Assembly: GCF_037126435.1 (NCBI RefSeq) | Contig: NZ_CP147020.1 | Span: 1,907,293 to 1,971,292, forward strand | Source: Bernardetia sp. ABR2-2B | Lineage (GTDB): Bacteria > Bacteroidota > Bacteroidia > Cytophagales > Bernardetiaceae | Reading direction: 5' to 3' | DNA: 64,000 nucleotides | Part shown: in pieces, positions 44,260 to 54,695 of the stretch | Layout of the letters: each line of letters opens with the position of its first letter | How positions within the stretch are numbered: the first letter of the stretch is position 1 | Position numbers and translations under genes: made by a program | Notes under the pieces: generated by a model | What the model saw: the letters and a program-made list of their open reading frames with translations, nothing else | Database searches by the model: none | What the model was told of the DNA's origin: nothing

Positions 44260-45168
44260 ATGTTTTTTGGTTCTGATGACAAACCTGTTTCTATTGTAGA
44301 AGCCGTTAATGAATTACCTGAATCGGGTGTTACTATTTATGCTTTGAAAGCATTGGACTTTGTAGTGCCTGGAGAGTGGAATAATCCGACTGACTTTGAT
44401 ACGTTGATGCGTGAGGTTACAGGAGAAGATGATGATGATTTTTTACAAGAAATCAAAGAAAAAGCAATTGAGCTTTATAATGATGATACGCAAGGCTACC
44501 AAACAGCTATCAAGATTTTTAAAATGGTTGATACAGCTGATACAGCTCTTGGTGCAGCAGCAATGGCTGATAAACTAGCTGATAGTTTTAGTATGCTTTC
44601 TTTCATGAAAGACCTTACTCCGAAAGCTGATACTGTTCAGAGTATTGATTTAGCTATCAAAATTACGGCAGAACTCTTAGCTTTTACAAAAATAAATGGA
44701 ATTCCGGGAGACAGTTTTGGAGATTTTGTAGCTGCTTTAGGAAATTATGCAGGAGAAAGCAAAATGCGTATGGCAGGAATTGTAGCCTTTGATGGTGTGC
44801 TTCCTTTAGGTCCTGATTTTGCTGAACTCGTAATGGATAAGCTTCAATCTATAAGTGTTGATACGATAGAAGACAACAGCGTCTTTAAGAAAGTATCAAG
44901 TTATATTCCAGGAAATGCCGTAACAGAAAAGCTAGATTTTATCAAACAATCATTCAGCCATACAAAAGGTTGGATGAGTAATTTCCAAGCTGAAAATAAT
45001 ATAAATTCAGAAAAAATTATTGCTAGTCTTTCAGAGTATATTTCTTTAGCTGATACAAAACTAGATTATGTAGCTGCTTTCTTAGATGCATCGACAAACT
45101 ATTTTGAGCATACAGGAACACAGACTGTCGCTAGTCGTTTGATTGAACGTGCTGTTAATGAAGTTTAA
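44260..45168 (+). CDS. Hypothetical acidic protein (302 aa)
   Basis: Long ORF with coding-like composition; no recognised motif. Confidence 0.4.
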   Translation: MFFGSDDKPVSIVEAVNELPESGVTIYALKALDFVVPGEWNNPTDFDTLMREVTGEDDDDFLQEIKEKAIELYNDDTQGYQTAIKIFKMVDTADTALGAAAMADKLADSFSMLSFMKDLTPKADTVQSIDLAIKITAELLAFTKINGIPGDSFGDFVAALGNYAGESKMRMAGIVAFDGVLPLGPDFAELVMDKLQSISVDTIEDNSVFKKVSSYIPGNAVTEKLDFIKQSFSHTKGWMSNFQAENNINSEKIIASLSEYISLADTKLDYVAAFLDASTNYFEHTGTQTVASRLIERAVNEV

Positions 45169-45235
45169 GACTTAAAAAAAGTCAATCCTAAAAATCCATT
45201 TTTAAATAATTAGAAATGGATTTTTTTCTGCATTT

Positions 45236-45982
45236 TTGATAAAAAAATTCTGTTTATCTATGTATCAAAAACATATCAAAATACTAGAAAAGCCACAAGG
45301 AAAAAGGTTTGCTATTGGCGATATTCATGGTTGTAGCAAAACGTTTAAAGCATTAGTAGAAGATAAAATACAACTTACAAAGAGTGATAATTTGTTTCTT
45401 TTGGGAGATTATATAGACAAAGGTTCTGACAGCACAGGAGTAATTGATTATATTTTTTATCTTCAAGAAAATGGCTACCAAGTTTTTCCATTACTCGGTA
45501 ACCACGAACTGAACCTTTTAGAAGCTAGTCAGCAATACAACGAACGTACCTTTAAGCATTTTTTGAGAATGAATAAAAACAAAGACATTGTAGATGAGCA
45601 AATGAAAATCAAACCAAAGTATTTAGAGTTTTTCAATTCTCTACCTTATTATTATGAACTAGAAGATTATCATTTAGTACATGCAGGTTTTGATTTTCGT
45701 AATCCAAATCCTTTTCAAAACCATAATGCAATGCTTTACATCAGGCGTTTTGAAGTAAAAAAAGAACTATTGAAAGGAAAGAAAATTGTACACGGTCATC
45801 AACCAACCAACCTCAAAGCTATTCAAAAAAGTATAGCTAATAATGCATCTGTAATTCCTTTAGACAATGGCTGTACCTATACAAAACCTCATAAGATATT
45901 TGATTACAATCAGCTTGGCAATCTTTGTTGTCTAAATTTGGATAGTTTAGAACTAATTATACAGGAGAATATTGAAAAATAG
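45236..45982 (+). CDS. Metallophosphoesterase (PPP-family Ser/Thr phosphatase / ApaH-like)
   Basis: 'GDIHGC', 'GDYIDKG', 'GNHE' calcineurin-like phosphoesterase motifs. Confidence 0.75.
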   Translation: MIKKFCLSMYQKHIKILEKPQGKRFAIGDIHGCSKTFKALVEDKIQLTKSDNLFLLGDYIDKGSDSTGVIDYIFYLQENGYQVFPLLGNHELNLLEASQQYNERTFKHFLRMNKNKDIVDEQMKIKPKYLEFFNSLPYYYELEDYHLVHAGFDFRNPNPFQNHNAMLYIRRFEVKKELLKGKKIVHGHQPTNLKAIQKSIANNASVIPLDNGCTYTKPHKIFDYNQLGNLCCLNLDSLELIIQENIEK

Positions 45983-46090
45983 TGTGCTTTAGTGCAAGAT
46001 TTCATCTTGTACTTACTCTTTCATCAACATAACGATGACAAGATGATAGATACAAGGAGAAGCTTATGATATGATATAATAAATTTCTAC

Positions 46091-46155
46091 GCCATTGGTG
46101 GTCTTTATTTTCGGTTTGCTGTTATGATGACCAGTAACAAACAGATATAAGTGTA
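46091..46155 (+). repeat. Short diverged copy 3 of palindromic repeat unit
   Basis: 'gccattggtggtctttattttcggtttgctgttatgatgaccagtaacaaacagatataagtg' aligns to the unit in copies 1/2. Confidence 0.55.
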
Positions 46156-46209
46156 TGTATAAATCTACGCCTTTTTAATATGAAATAAGAAGACCATAGC
46201 TAAGTATTT

Positions 46210-46731
46210 TTATCTACTCAAAAAATAATCTCTAAACTTCTCAAATTCTTCTAGTTCTTGTTTTACAAATCTTGTAAAAAGCTTTTCTCCTACTTGTTCT
46301 TTGAGAGCAGAAATACCTGTATCTATTAAACGGATTCCTTTTTGAGTGAGTAAAATATTATCAAAAGGCTGCCCTCCGATATTGGATGGTCGTAATAAAT
46401 CTCTATGTACAAAACCAGCTTTATGAAGCCCTATTAGTTCATCTTCAAAGACCTCTGACCAAAGAATACGTCTTTCCTGCTCATAAGCACGAAAATCCAT
46501 TGGATAAACTCGTTCCATCACTAACATTTCTGTTTCTTCGTTTAACTCATCCAAACGAATGAATTTTACAACTAAATCATTTACAGCATTGGAAAACTTC
46601 ATTTTTTGAGCTTCTGAGCCAATATCTGAACGAGTATCGCCACTAAAAATTTTTCCCACTTCTGTTTCAGAAATAGCAATAACAGTATTATTTGCACCAG
46701 AAGAAAGTGTACGAGGATAACGTTTTTTCAT
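46210..46731 (-). CDS. Small protein-kinase-like protein (atypical; HRD and DxG motifs)
   Basis: 'HKAGFVHRDLLRPSNIGG' (catalytic loop) and 'IRLIDTGIS' (DFG-like); 173 aa. Confidence 0.45.
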   Translation of the reverse strand: MKKRYPRTLSSGANNTVIAISETEVGKIFSGDTRSDIGSEAQKMKFSNAVNDLVVKFIRLDELNEETEMLVMERVYPMDFRAYEQERRILWSEVFEDELIGLHKAGFVHRDLLRPSNIGGQPFDNILLTQKGIRLIDTGISALKEQVGEKLFTRFVKQELEEFEKFRDYFLSR

Positions 46732-46764
46732 AATATATTTCCAGTTAGAAAAGTCTTTACATTT

Positions 46765-47538
46765 TTACACAAAAATCTCTTTCGGATATTCCACATCTAC
46801 CAAAAAAAGCCCCTCCGAAGGAACAGAAAAACCTGCTGATTTTCTATTTTTATCTAAGATAATTTTTTCAAAATCTTCAATTTCTATTTGTCTTTCTCCT
46901 ACTAAAAAAAGAGAACCCACCACGGCACGGACCATTCCTCTCAAAAAACGATTTGCTGAAATCGTAAAACGCCAATAATCTGCTTGACTTCCTTTTTCTT
47001 TTGTCCAAATAGCCTTACTTATATCACACTCAAAATGATTGACTTGTGTTTTTACTCTACTGAAAGATTCAAAGTTTTTGTGTTTTAATAAAAATTTTGC
47101 TGCTTCATTCATTCTATCAAAACTGTTTTCATCCAAATCTCTTTTTTTTCTGTGAAAATAAGCGTGATTTGTCAAGAATGGATTCTTTTCAAGAACTACA
47201 TGATAATGATAAGTACGCAAGAAAGCATCATAACGAGCATGTGCCGTTTCCAAGACAGGCAAAATATTGGTAATGGCAATTTGAGGAGGTAAAAAACTAT
47301 TCATTCTATACTTCAAATTCTCTGTATCTATTTTATTATCTGTATCAAAATGAGCAAACTGTTTTTTGCAATGAACCCCTGTATCTGTTCTGCCACTTCC
47401 CATAATAGGAGTTTCCTTCCTCAAAATTTTAGACAAACCATCTTCAACGATGGCTTGAATAGTTTTGGGAGTGTTTTTTTGAGCTTGCCAGCCGTGATAG
47501 TTTGTGCCTTCATAAGCGACTTCTAAAAAATAACGCAT
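46765..47538 (-). CDS. truA: tRNA pseudouridine(38-40) synthase TruA
   Basis: 'MRYFLEVAYEGTNYHGWQ' and catalytic 'GSGRTDTGVHC'. Confidence 0.85.
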   Translation of the reverse strand: MRYFLEVAYEGTNYHGWQAQKNTPKTIQAIVEDGLSKILRKETPIMGSGRTDTGVHCKKQFAHFDTDNKIDTENLKYRMNSFLPPQIAITNILPVLETAHARYDAFLRTYHYHVVLEKNPFLTNHAYFHRKKRDLDENSFDRMNEAAKFLLKHKNFESFSRVKTQVNHFECDISKAIWTKEKGSQADYWRFTISANRFLRGMVRAVVGSLFLVGERQIEIEDFEKIILDKNRKSAGFSVPSEGLFLVDVEYPKEIFV

Positions 47539-47551
47539 ATTCTTTCAGTTA

Positions 47552-47785
47552 TCAATTCTGTTTTACTTTTTTCCAATTGAGACTTATAGTATCCATTTTT
47601 CCTCTATTTTCTAGGTATTCATCTGCTATATATTCTTCTATGTAACCACATTCAATACAAGCATACAAATCAAACCTTATCTGACCAAATGTTGAAATAT
47701 ATATCAGATTTCGTTCACTTCTAGTGGTTCGTTCATAATAAACTTCAGTTGAATTACATTTCGGGCAAATACCTGTCTTTTTCAT
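47552..47785 (-). CDS. Zinc-ribbon small protein
   Basis: Two CxxC pairs ('CPKC' ... 'CIEC'). Confidence 0.4.
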   Translation of the reverse strand: MKKTGICPKCNSTEVYYERTTRSERNLIYISTFGQIRFDLYACIECGYIEEYIADEYLENRGKMDTISLNWKKVKQN

Positions 47786-47790
47786 AGAGA

Positions 47791-48507
47791 TTAAGAATTG
47801 ACTAAAAAATTATCTTTCAAAATGGGTACATTATCAAATTTATCCATTTCCAGACAAAACTCCATATCTTTTTCTACCCCCTTTTCCTCTAATCTTTTGT
47901 AATGAGAAGAATGCTTTAATATTTTCAATAGGTTTTTCTTAACAGAAGTATAAGAGTGAGAAGCAAAAAGAGTCTCGTCGCCTTCCCACCAAAAATCATT
48001 TTTGAGTTTTAGAGCTAATGCCCCAGCAAATAAAGAATCTTCTGCGTTGAAACGTCCTTTCCAACCTGCACAAACAATGACAATGTCTTTATTTTGAGTT
48101 TTGAGATAATTAGTTACTGCTTTTAGATTAGAAAATGCTCCAATAATAACTTGTTCGGCTGTATTTTTTACGGCTTCAATGGCTTGTGTGCCATTAGTCG
48201 TTGTCATTACTATTTTCTGACTTTCTTGTTCCATGTGTTCGAAGGGAGAGTTTCCAATATCAAATCCCTCTACTTTTTCTCCGTTGCGTTCACCTGCTGT
48301 TATGTAGCCTTCTGATTTATAGTGTAAAGCATCGGCAACATTTGCCACAGGAATAATATGTTCTACACCGTTTGCTAGACCTGCTACCATTGTAGAAGTT
48401 GCTCTAAAAATATCTACTATAACAGCAATTTTCCCTGTTAAGTCTATAAAAGAAACTGCATCAGGAGTAAGACAAATTTCTAGTGTTGGTTTTGTATTTT
48501 GCTTCAT
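47791..48507 (-). CDS. 2-phosphosulfolactate phosphatase (ComB) family protein
   Basis: 'IAVIVDIFRATSTMVAG' and 'GFDIGNSP'. Confidence 0.7.
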   Translation of the reverse strand: MKQNTKPTLEICLTPDAVSFIDLTGKIAVIVDIFRATSTMVAGLANGVEHIIPVANVADALHYKSEGYITAGERNGEKVEGFDIGNSPFEHMEQESQKIVMTTTNGTQAIEAVKNTAEQVIIGAFSNLKAVTNYLKTQNKDIVIVCAGWKGRFNAEDSLFAGALALKLKNDFWWEGDETLFASHSYTSVKKNLLKILKHSSHYKRLEEKGVEKDMEFCLEMDKFDNVPILKDNFLVNS

Positions 48508-48612
48508 TAAATGATTTTAACTACTTAGTTTTTTTAAAGAAAAAAAATAGGGAACAACTTATTAGATAATTATTCCCTATTTACAATATTGTTGGTTACA
48601 AAGGTAATTGAT

Positions 48613-49851
48613 TTACCTCAATCTCTCAATAACCATTTCAAGAGTTTCAGCAAAGGTATCAATTTCTTCTTTTGTATTGTAGAGTGCAAATGAAGCACGA
48701 GCCGTTCCTTCCAAGTTCATTCGTTTCATTAAAGGCTGCGTACAATGATGACCTGTTCGGATAGCAATTCCGTTTGCATCAAGCATCAGACCCATATCGT
48801 AATGATGAACGCCATCTACAATAAATGAAATTACACTTGCTTTTTCTTTGGCTGTACCGATTATTTTTAGTCCTTTTATGGCAGAAAGTTGTTTTGTTCC
48901 ATAATCCAAAAGCATTTGTTCGTGGGCAATAATATCACTTTTGGTAAGATTGTTTACAAACTCAAACGCCAAGCGCAAAGCAACTGTATCAGCAATATTT
49001 GGCGTTCCTGCTTCAAATTTGTAAGGCAAAACATTATACGTAGAAACATCAAAAGAAACATCTTTTATCATCTCTCCTCCTCCCATATAAGGTGGCATTG
49101 CTTCCAAAAGTTCTTTTTTTCCATACAAAAGACCAATTCCTGTTGGTGCATACACTTTATGACCAGAAAGTGCATAAAAATCCACATCCAAATCTTGTAC
49201 ATCGATTTCTAAATGTGGACTAGCTTGTGCGCCATCAACGACTACTTTTGCACCTACTTCGTGAGCTTTTTGAACAATTTCTTTTATTGGATTAATTGTA
49301 CCTAGCGCATTCGAAACGTGAACAACAGCAACAATTTTTGTTTTTTCTGAAAGAAGATTTTTATAGCCTTCCATATCCAATTCGCCATTATCAAAAACAG
49401 GAATTACTTTTATTTTTGCGCCTGTTTGAGAAGCTACAATCTGCCAAGGAACAATATTAGAATGATGTTCTAAGCTAGAAATAATAATTTCATCGCCTTC
49501 TTTCAAAACCATTCTACCATACGATTGAGCCACTAAGTTTATGCTTTCAGTAGTTCCACGAGTAAAAATAACTTGTTCTTCAGAAGGAGAGTTGATAAAC
49601 TTTTGAGCTGCTTTTCGTGTCTGCTCAAAGGCATCTGTTGCACGTTCGGCAAGTGTGTGCGCCCCACGATGAACATTCGAATTAATTTTTAAGTAATAAT
49701 TTGAAAGCGCATCGATTACTGATTTTGGCTTTTGAGTAGTGGCTGCATTGTCAAAATAAATCAATGGTTTGCCTTGTATATCTTGATTGAGAATTGGAAA
49801 CTCTTCTCTTATTTTATTTATATCGAATTTTTTATCTGTTGCAGTAAGCAT
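48613..49851 (-). CDS. sufS: Cysteine desulfurase SufS (class V aminotransferase)
   Basis: 'SGHKVYAPTGIGLLYGK' (PLP-Lys) and 'RTGHHCTQPLM' (active-site Cys). Confidence 0.85.
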   Translation of the reverse strand: MLTATDKKFDINKIREEFPILNQDIQGKPLIYFDNAATTQKPKSVIDALSNYYLKINSNVHRGAHTLAERATDAFEQTRKAAQKFINSPSEEQVIFTRGTTESINLVAQSYGRMVLKEGDEIIISSLEHHSNIVPWQIVASQTGAKIKVIPVFDNGELDMEGYKNLLSEKTKIVAVVHVSNALGTINPIKEIVQKAHEVGAKVVVDGAQASPHLEIDVQDLDVDFYALSGHKVYAPTGIGLLYGKKELLEAMPPYMGGGEMIKDVSFDVSTYNVLPYKFEAGTPNIADTVALRLAFEFVNNLTKSDIIAHEQMLLDYGTKQLSAIKGLKIIGTAKEKASVISFIVDGVHHYDMGLMLDANGIAIRTGHHCTQPLMKRMNLEGTARASFALYNTKEEIDTFAETLEMVIERLR

Positions 49852-50025
49852 AATAGTCTGGTTTTCTTATGTAAAACAGACATTTCTGTCTGTTAAATTT
49901 CATTCGTTTTTGTACAGACTAGGAAGCCTGTGATACTGTAATACAAATATAGCTAATTTAGATTGATTTTAAACAAGCTAGTTTGATATTGAACTAAGAA
50001 AATGAATAGGGTTTTTGTTTGAAAA

Positions 50026-50835
50026 CTATTTACTCAACTTCAAAATTCGGATTGCACCTTGAACAACAAGAATAAAAACAATCGCTCCGATAATCAAATC
50101 AGGTAAACTAGAACTCAGCCAATTTACTAAAAGTCCTGCTATTATTACTCCTGTGTTGATAATTATGTCGTTGGAAGTAAAAATCAAACTTGCTTTCATG
50201 TGTACTTCTTCTTTACTTTTTGATTTTTGCATTAAATAAAGACAAATTCCATTGGCTAATAAAGCTAAAAAAGAAATAAGTATCATCGTCTGAAAATTAG
50301 GTAATTCTTCATTTCCAAAAAAACGTCTCAAGATTTCTATAAAGCCAATACACGCCAAAACAATCTGAAAATAACCTGCTAGTTTGGCTACTTTCTGCTT
50401 TTGAATAAGTGATTTTCCTACTGCCAAAAGACTAATTCCGTACACAAAAGCATCAGCTAACATATCCAAGCTATCAGCTACTAGTCCCATTGATTTTGAA
50501 AAAATGCCTGTTATTATTTCAATTACAAAAAAAGTAAAATTGATAGCCAAAACTATCCAAAGTAATTTTCTTTGGTTTTGGTTTTCTGTAAAAAGTTCTT
50601 GTTCTGATTTTTCAGTTTTGATTTTTTTTGCTCCTAGATTTAGCTCTAAAAGAGATTTTTCTATCTGATTTATTTCTTCTGTATTGTCGTTTTCTTCATA
50701 AAAAACACTTAATTCACGATTAGGAATATCAAAATCAAGGTTTTTGATACTTGGAATATTATCTAATTTCATACGAATCAGATTTTCCTCTGAAGGACAA
50801 TCCATTTTTGAAATTTTGAAAAGTGTTTTTTGCAT
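50026..50835 (-). CDS. Cation-diffusion-facilitator-like membrane protein with N-terminal soluble extension (atypical/short)
   Basis: TM region 'GLVADSLDMLADAFVYGISLL' resembles the CDF signature; only ~4-5 TM; N-terminal ~90 aa soluble. Confidence 0.45.
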   Translation of the reverse strand: MQKTLFKISKMDCPSEENLIRMKLDNIPSIKNLDFDIPNRELSVFYEENDNTEEINQIEKSLLELNLGAKKIKTEKSEQELFTENQNQRKLLWIVLAINFTFFVIEIITGIFSKSMGLVADSLDMLADAFVYGISLLAVGKSLIQKQKVAKLAGYFQIVLACIGFIEILRRFFGNEELPNFQTMILISFLALLANGICLYLMQKSKSKEEVHMKASLIFTSNDIIINTGVIIAGLLVNWLSSSLPDLIIGAIVFILVVQGAIRILKLSK

Positions 50836-51275
50836 GTTTTTTTTAGTTCAAAATTATTTATCAAAAACAGGAATTGCAGGGTCTTTAGAGTTTGGGTTAT
50901 TCATTGCCGTATCAATTTCTAATACTTCTTTTTTATTTGACTGTTTTAATAGCTTTGTTTGCTGATATTGAAGACTATCTTCTAAGAAAGCATCATTTAC
51001 TTTTTCTTCCTTCGTTTTTCCACAAGAGCAGAGTAATAAAGAAGTTGCTATAAGAATGAAAAAAATAAGATAATAGAATTTTTGTAGATTGTAAATGTAT
51101 TTATGAATCATAGAATAGATAGGTATAAGCTAGTTTGTAAATTTTTAATCTCTTATTGACAAAAGTATAGTATATTTCGCTTATTTTTGTCAGACTAGAG
51201 AATTTATTTACAACCCTACTAGCAATTTCTTTCTTTCTTACAATCAGATAACTACCCTAGAAACCTACGCTCATT

Positions 51276-53120
51276 TTGTTCAATTTTTTTGAAACCTATT
51301 CTGATAAACTGCATACTTTATTCACTCGTTATTCTAAAAAAATAAATGGATATATCATTCGTTTTTTGATTTGGAAGGGCGAATACATATCTGACAAAAA
51401 TTTCCTTCTCGTTGTCAGTATTTTTATAGGTATTTTAGCAGGTATGGCTGCGATGTTTTTACGCACAACGGTACTTTGGGTAGAGCACAGTTTGGCTTCC
51501 TCAAGTCAGTTTTCTGAAAATTATAATTATGGATTGCTTTTCTATCCAACTGTTGGACTTTTAATTACAGCATTTTTGTCTAACGTAGTTTTTAAAACAA
51601 ACTTCGGACACGGTTTTACGGATATTCTGTATTCTATTTCTAAAAAAGATGGAAAGATAAATTTTAGTGATATTTATTCTCGTATGATTGGTGCTGTTTT
51701 TACAGTTGGTTTTGGTGGTTCGGCTGGTTTAGAAGCTCCTATCGTAATGTCAGGGGCTGCCATTGGCTCAAATATGAGTACAGAAATGCTTTTGGCAAAA
51801 AAGAAACGAATCTTACTCATCGCTTGTGGTGTCGCTGGTACGATTGCAGCTATTTTTGATGCGCCAGTTGGAGGAGTTATTTTTGCAGCCGAAGTGATTT
51901 TATTTGATGTCAGTATTGCCAATATTGTTCCTATTTTACTTGCTTCGGTGGCTGCCAAGCTCACAGCCTTGCTTTTGGGTGGAGATGATGCCCTTTTTAC
52001 GTTTCGCTTAAAAGATGCCTTTCAAACTATTGATGTTCCTTATTGTATCGTTTTGGGAATTGCTTGTGGATTTTTGTCTCTCTATTTTATGGAAGTTGTT
52101 AAGAGAATAAATAAATTAGCCGACAAAATCCCTAACCCTTATCTAAAAGCCTTTATTGGAGGACTGTTTTTGTCTGCTCTGATTGTAGTTTTTCCTCCTG
52201 TTTATGGAGAGGGAACAATGCTTTTGAAGTCTCTTTTGAGTGGAAGTGAAATTGTCATTTTTGCCAACAGTATTATTTTTAAAGAATTACCTCCTCAATC
52301 TTTATTTTTGGGTTATGTTTTGGTAATGCTTTTATTTAAGTGCGTTGCTTCTGCCATCACAATTGCAGCAGGTGGAAGTGGGGGTACGTTTGCACCTTCG
52401 TTATTTTTAGGGGGAGTTTTAGGATTTACTTTTGCTAGAATTGTAAATATTACAGGCTGGGAAAGTTTATCTGAAAGTAATTTTATTCTTTTTGGAATGT
52501 GTGCAGCTATATGTGGTGTTCAGTATGCTCCTTTGGCAGCTATATTTTTGATTGCCGAACTTACTGGTAGTTATGAATTATTTGTACCTCTAATGCTTAC
52601 TTCGGCTGTTACGTATATTACAGTTACTTATTTCGAACCTCATTCGCCTTATACTAGAGAACTCATCGAAAAAGGAGATATTATCAAAGGAGACCAAGAC
52701 AAAAAAGTGCTTAGTAAGCTCAAAATAAATAAACTTATAGAAAAAGATTTTAAACCCGTACCAGAAAAAGGAACGCTAAAAGACTTAGTAAATGTAATCA
52801 AACTAAGCCATCGTAATTTGTTTCCTGTCTTGAATGAAGACAAGCAGTTTGTAGGAATGATTCAATTAAATGATGTCAGAAAATTGATATTTGAACCTTC
52901 TAATTACGAAACGATTGCTTTACGTGATTTGATGCAACGCCCTTCTGAAATTGTAGAATATGGCGAAACAATGGACACAGTAATGCACAAATTCGAAAAT
53001 AGTGGTGCTTGGAATTTGCCTGTAATTAAAAAGGGAAAATATCTAGGTTTTGTATCTAAATCTACCATTTTTAATAAATACAGAGAAGGAATGCAACAAG
53101 AAAATGAAGAGGTTTGGTAG
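51276..53120 (+). CDS. ClC voltage-gated chloride channel with C-terminal CBS pair
   Basis: 'GSAGLEAP', 'GGVIFAAE', 'GGSGGTFAPSLFLG' selectivity-filter motifs; C-terminal CBS-like region. Confidence 0.85.
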   Translation: MFNFFETYSDKLHTLFTRYSKKINGYIIRFLIWKGEYISDKNFLLVVSIFIGILAGMAAMFLRTTVLWVEHSLASSSQFSENYNYGLLFYPTVGLLITAFLSNVVFKTNFGHGFTDILYSISKKDGKINFSDIYSRMIGAVFTVGFGGSAGLEAPIVMSGAAIGSNMSTEMLLAKKKRILLIACGVAGTIAAIFDAPVGGVIFAAEVILFDVSIANIVPILLASVAAKLTALLLGGDDALFTFRLKDAFQTIDVPYCIVLGIACGFLSLYFMEVVKRINKLADKIPNPYLKAFIGGLFLSALIVVFPPVYGEGTMLLKSLLSGSEIVIFANSIIFKELPPQSLFLGYVLVMLLFKCVASAITIAAGGSGGTFAPSLFLGGVLGFTFARIVNITGWESLSESNFILFGMCAAICGVQYAPLAAIFLIAELTGSYELFVPLMLTSAVTYITVTYFEPHSPYTRELIEKGDIIKGDQDKKVLSKLKINKLIEKDFKPVPEKGTLKDLVNVIKLSHRNLFPVLNEDKQFVGMIQLNDVRKLIFEPSNYETIALRDLMQRPSEIVEYGETMDTVMHKFENSGAWNLPVIKKGKYLGFVSKSTIFNKYREGMQQENEEVW

Positions 53121-53234
53121 CGTTGAGCTTATTTCTAATAAAAAAGAATTTTGAAAACCTTGCAACTTGTTGTGAGTTATAGTAAGTAATTCTAACTTTG
53201 AAAAAACTATTTCTCACTCCAAATTATTTATTGT

Positions 53235-54587
53235 GTGAACTTTACACTTACCCAAGACTATTTAGACTTATTTTCAGAAGCTGTACAAAATCAAAATGCA
53301 GATTTCATAACATCTCAAACTACTATTCTTCACTCAGCTGATATTTCGGCTATTTTAGATGAACTTGAGACCGATGAATGTCATTATATTTTGAGCCTTC
53401 TTCCTGAACAAGTTCGTGCTGATATTATTAGTGATTTAGATACTGATATTCGTATTGATTTTTTGCAGACCTATGCACCTTCCCAAGTGGCAGGGATATT
53501 AGATTATACTGATTCTGATGATGCAGCTGATATTTTGAATGAACTTCCCATCAAAATGAGAGAGGAAGTTATTTCTCATGTAGAAGAACCACAAGATGTA
53601 ATGGATTTATTGCATTATGATGAAGATTGTGCTGGTGGTTTAATGGCAAAAGAATTGGTTACAGCAAATATAAACTGGACAGTTGTAGAATGTGTAGAAG
53701 AAATAAGAAGACAAGCTGAAAACGTAGAAAAGATTTATTCGATTTATGTAGTGGATGATAATGATGTTCTTTTAGGACGAGTAGGAATAAAAAAATTAGT
53801 CTTGAATCGTAGCAATACAAAAGTGGCTGATATTTATGAACCTGATATTATTTCGGTTTATTCATATCAAGATGAGGAAGAAGTAGCCAATATTATGCAA
53901 AAATATGATTTAGAAGCAATTCCTGTAATCAATGTCAATAAACAGCTTTTGGGTAGAATTACCATTGATGATATTTTAGATGTAATAACCGAACAAGCCG
54001 AGCAAGATATTCAAGCAATGGCTGGGCTTTCGGAAGATGTAGAAGAAGATGATAGTGTTTGGCTACTTTCTCGTGCGAGGTTGCCTTGGCTTTTGATAGG
54101 AATGGTAGGAGGAATGATAGGTGCAAAATTTATAGGTCTTTTTGAAGGACAACTAATTGCTGTTCCTGCAATGGCATTTTTTATTCCCCTTATTACTGCA
54201 ACTGGTGGAAACGTTGGCATTCAGTCTTCTACCTTAGTCGTTCAAGCATTAGCAGATACAGGAGGTTTGCAAGAAAGCTTGTGGGGAAGGCTCTTCAAGT
54301 CTTTTTTAGTTGCCCTAATTAATGGTTTTGTAATTGGTGTTTTTGTTTTGGGAGCAAATGTTCTGCTTACTGGAGGAGAAATCATTCTTTCTTTAGTAGT
54401 TTCTTTTGCGCTTTTTTGTGTAGTAATTATTGCTTCTATTATGGGAACAATCACACCACTTATTTTAAATAAATTTGATGTAAATCCTGCTGTTGCTTCA
54501 GGTCCTTTTATCACAACAGCTAATGACCTTTTGGGATTAGCTATTTATTTTTCAGTAGCCAAATTGCTTTTTTCGATGGCTGTTTGA
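53235..54587 (+). CDS. mgtE: Magnesium transporter MgtE
   Basis: Acidic MgtE_N region, CBS pair, C-terminal 5-TM domain 'GNVGIQSSTLVVQAL'. Confidence 0.85.
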   Translation: MNFTLTQDYLDLFSEAVQNQNADFITSQTTILHSADISAILDELETDECHYILSLLPEQVRADIISDLDTDIRIDFLQTYAPSQVAGILDYTDSDDAADILNELPIKMREEVISHVEEPQDVMDLLHYDEDCAGGLMAKELVTANINWTVVECVEEIRRQAENVEKIYSIYVVDDNDVLLGRVGIKKLVLNRSNTKVADIYEPDIISVYSYQDEEEVANIMQKYDLEAIPVINVNKQLLGRITIDDILDVITEQAEQDIQAMAGLSEDVEEDDSVWLLSRARLPWLLIGMVGGMIGAKFIGLFEGQLIAVPAMAFFIPLITATGGNVGIQSSTLVVQALADTGGLQESLWGRLFKSFLVALINGFVIGVFVLGANVLLTGGEIILSLVVSFALFCVVIIASIMGTITPLILNKFDVNPAVASGPFITTANDLLGLAIYFSVAKLLFSMAV

Positions 54588-54695
54588 TTTCTGTTTTCTC
54601 TTTCTAAAACGACAAACAAAAAGGTCAATTCATAAATAAATATATGAATTGACCTTTTCTATCTTAAAAGATAGTTGTCTTTAAGAAGATAAAAA

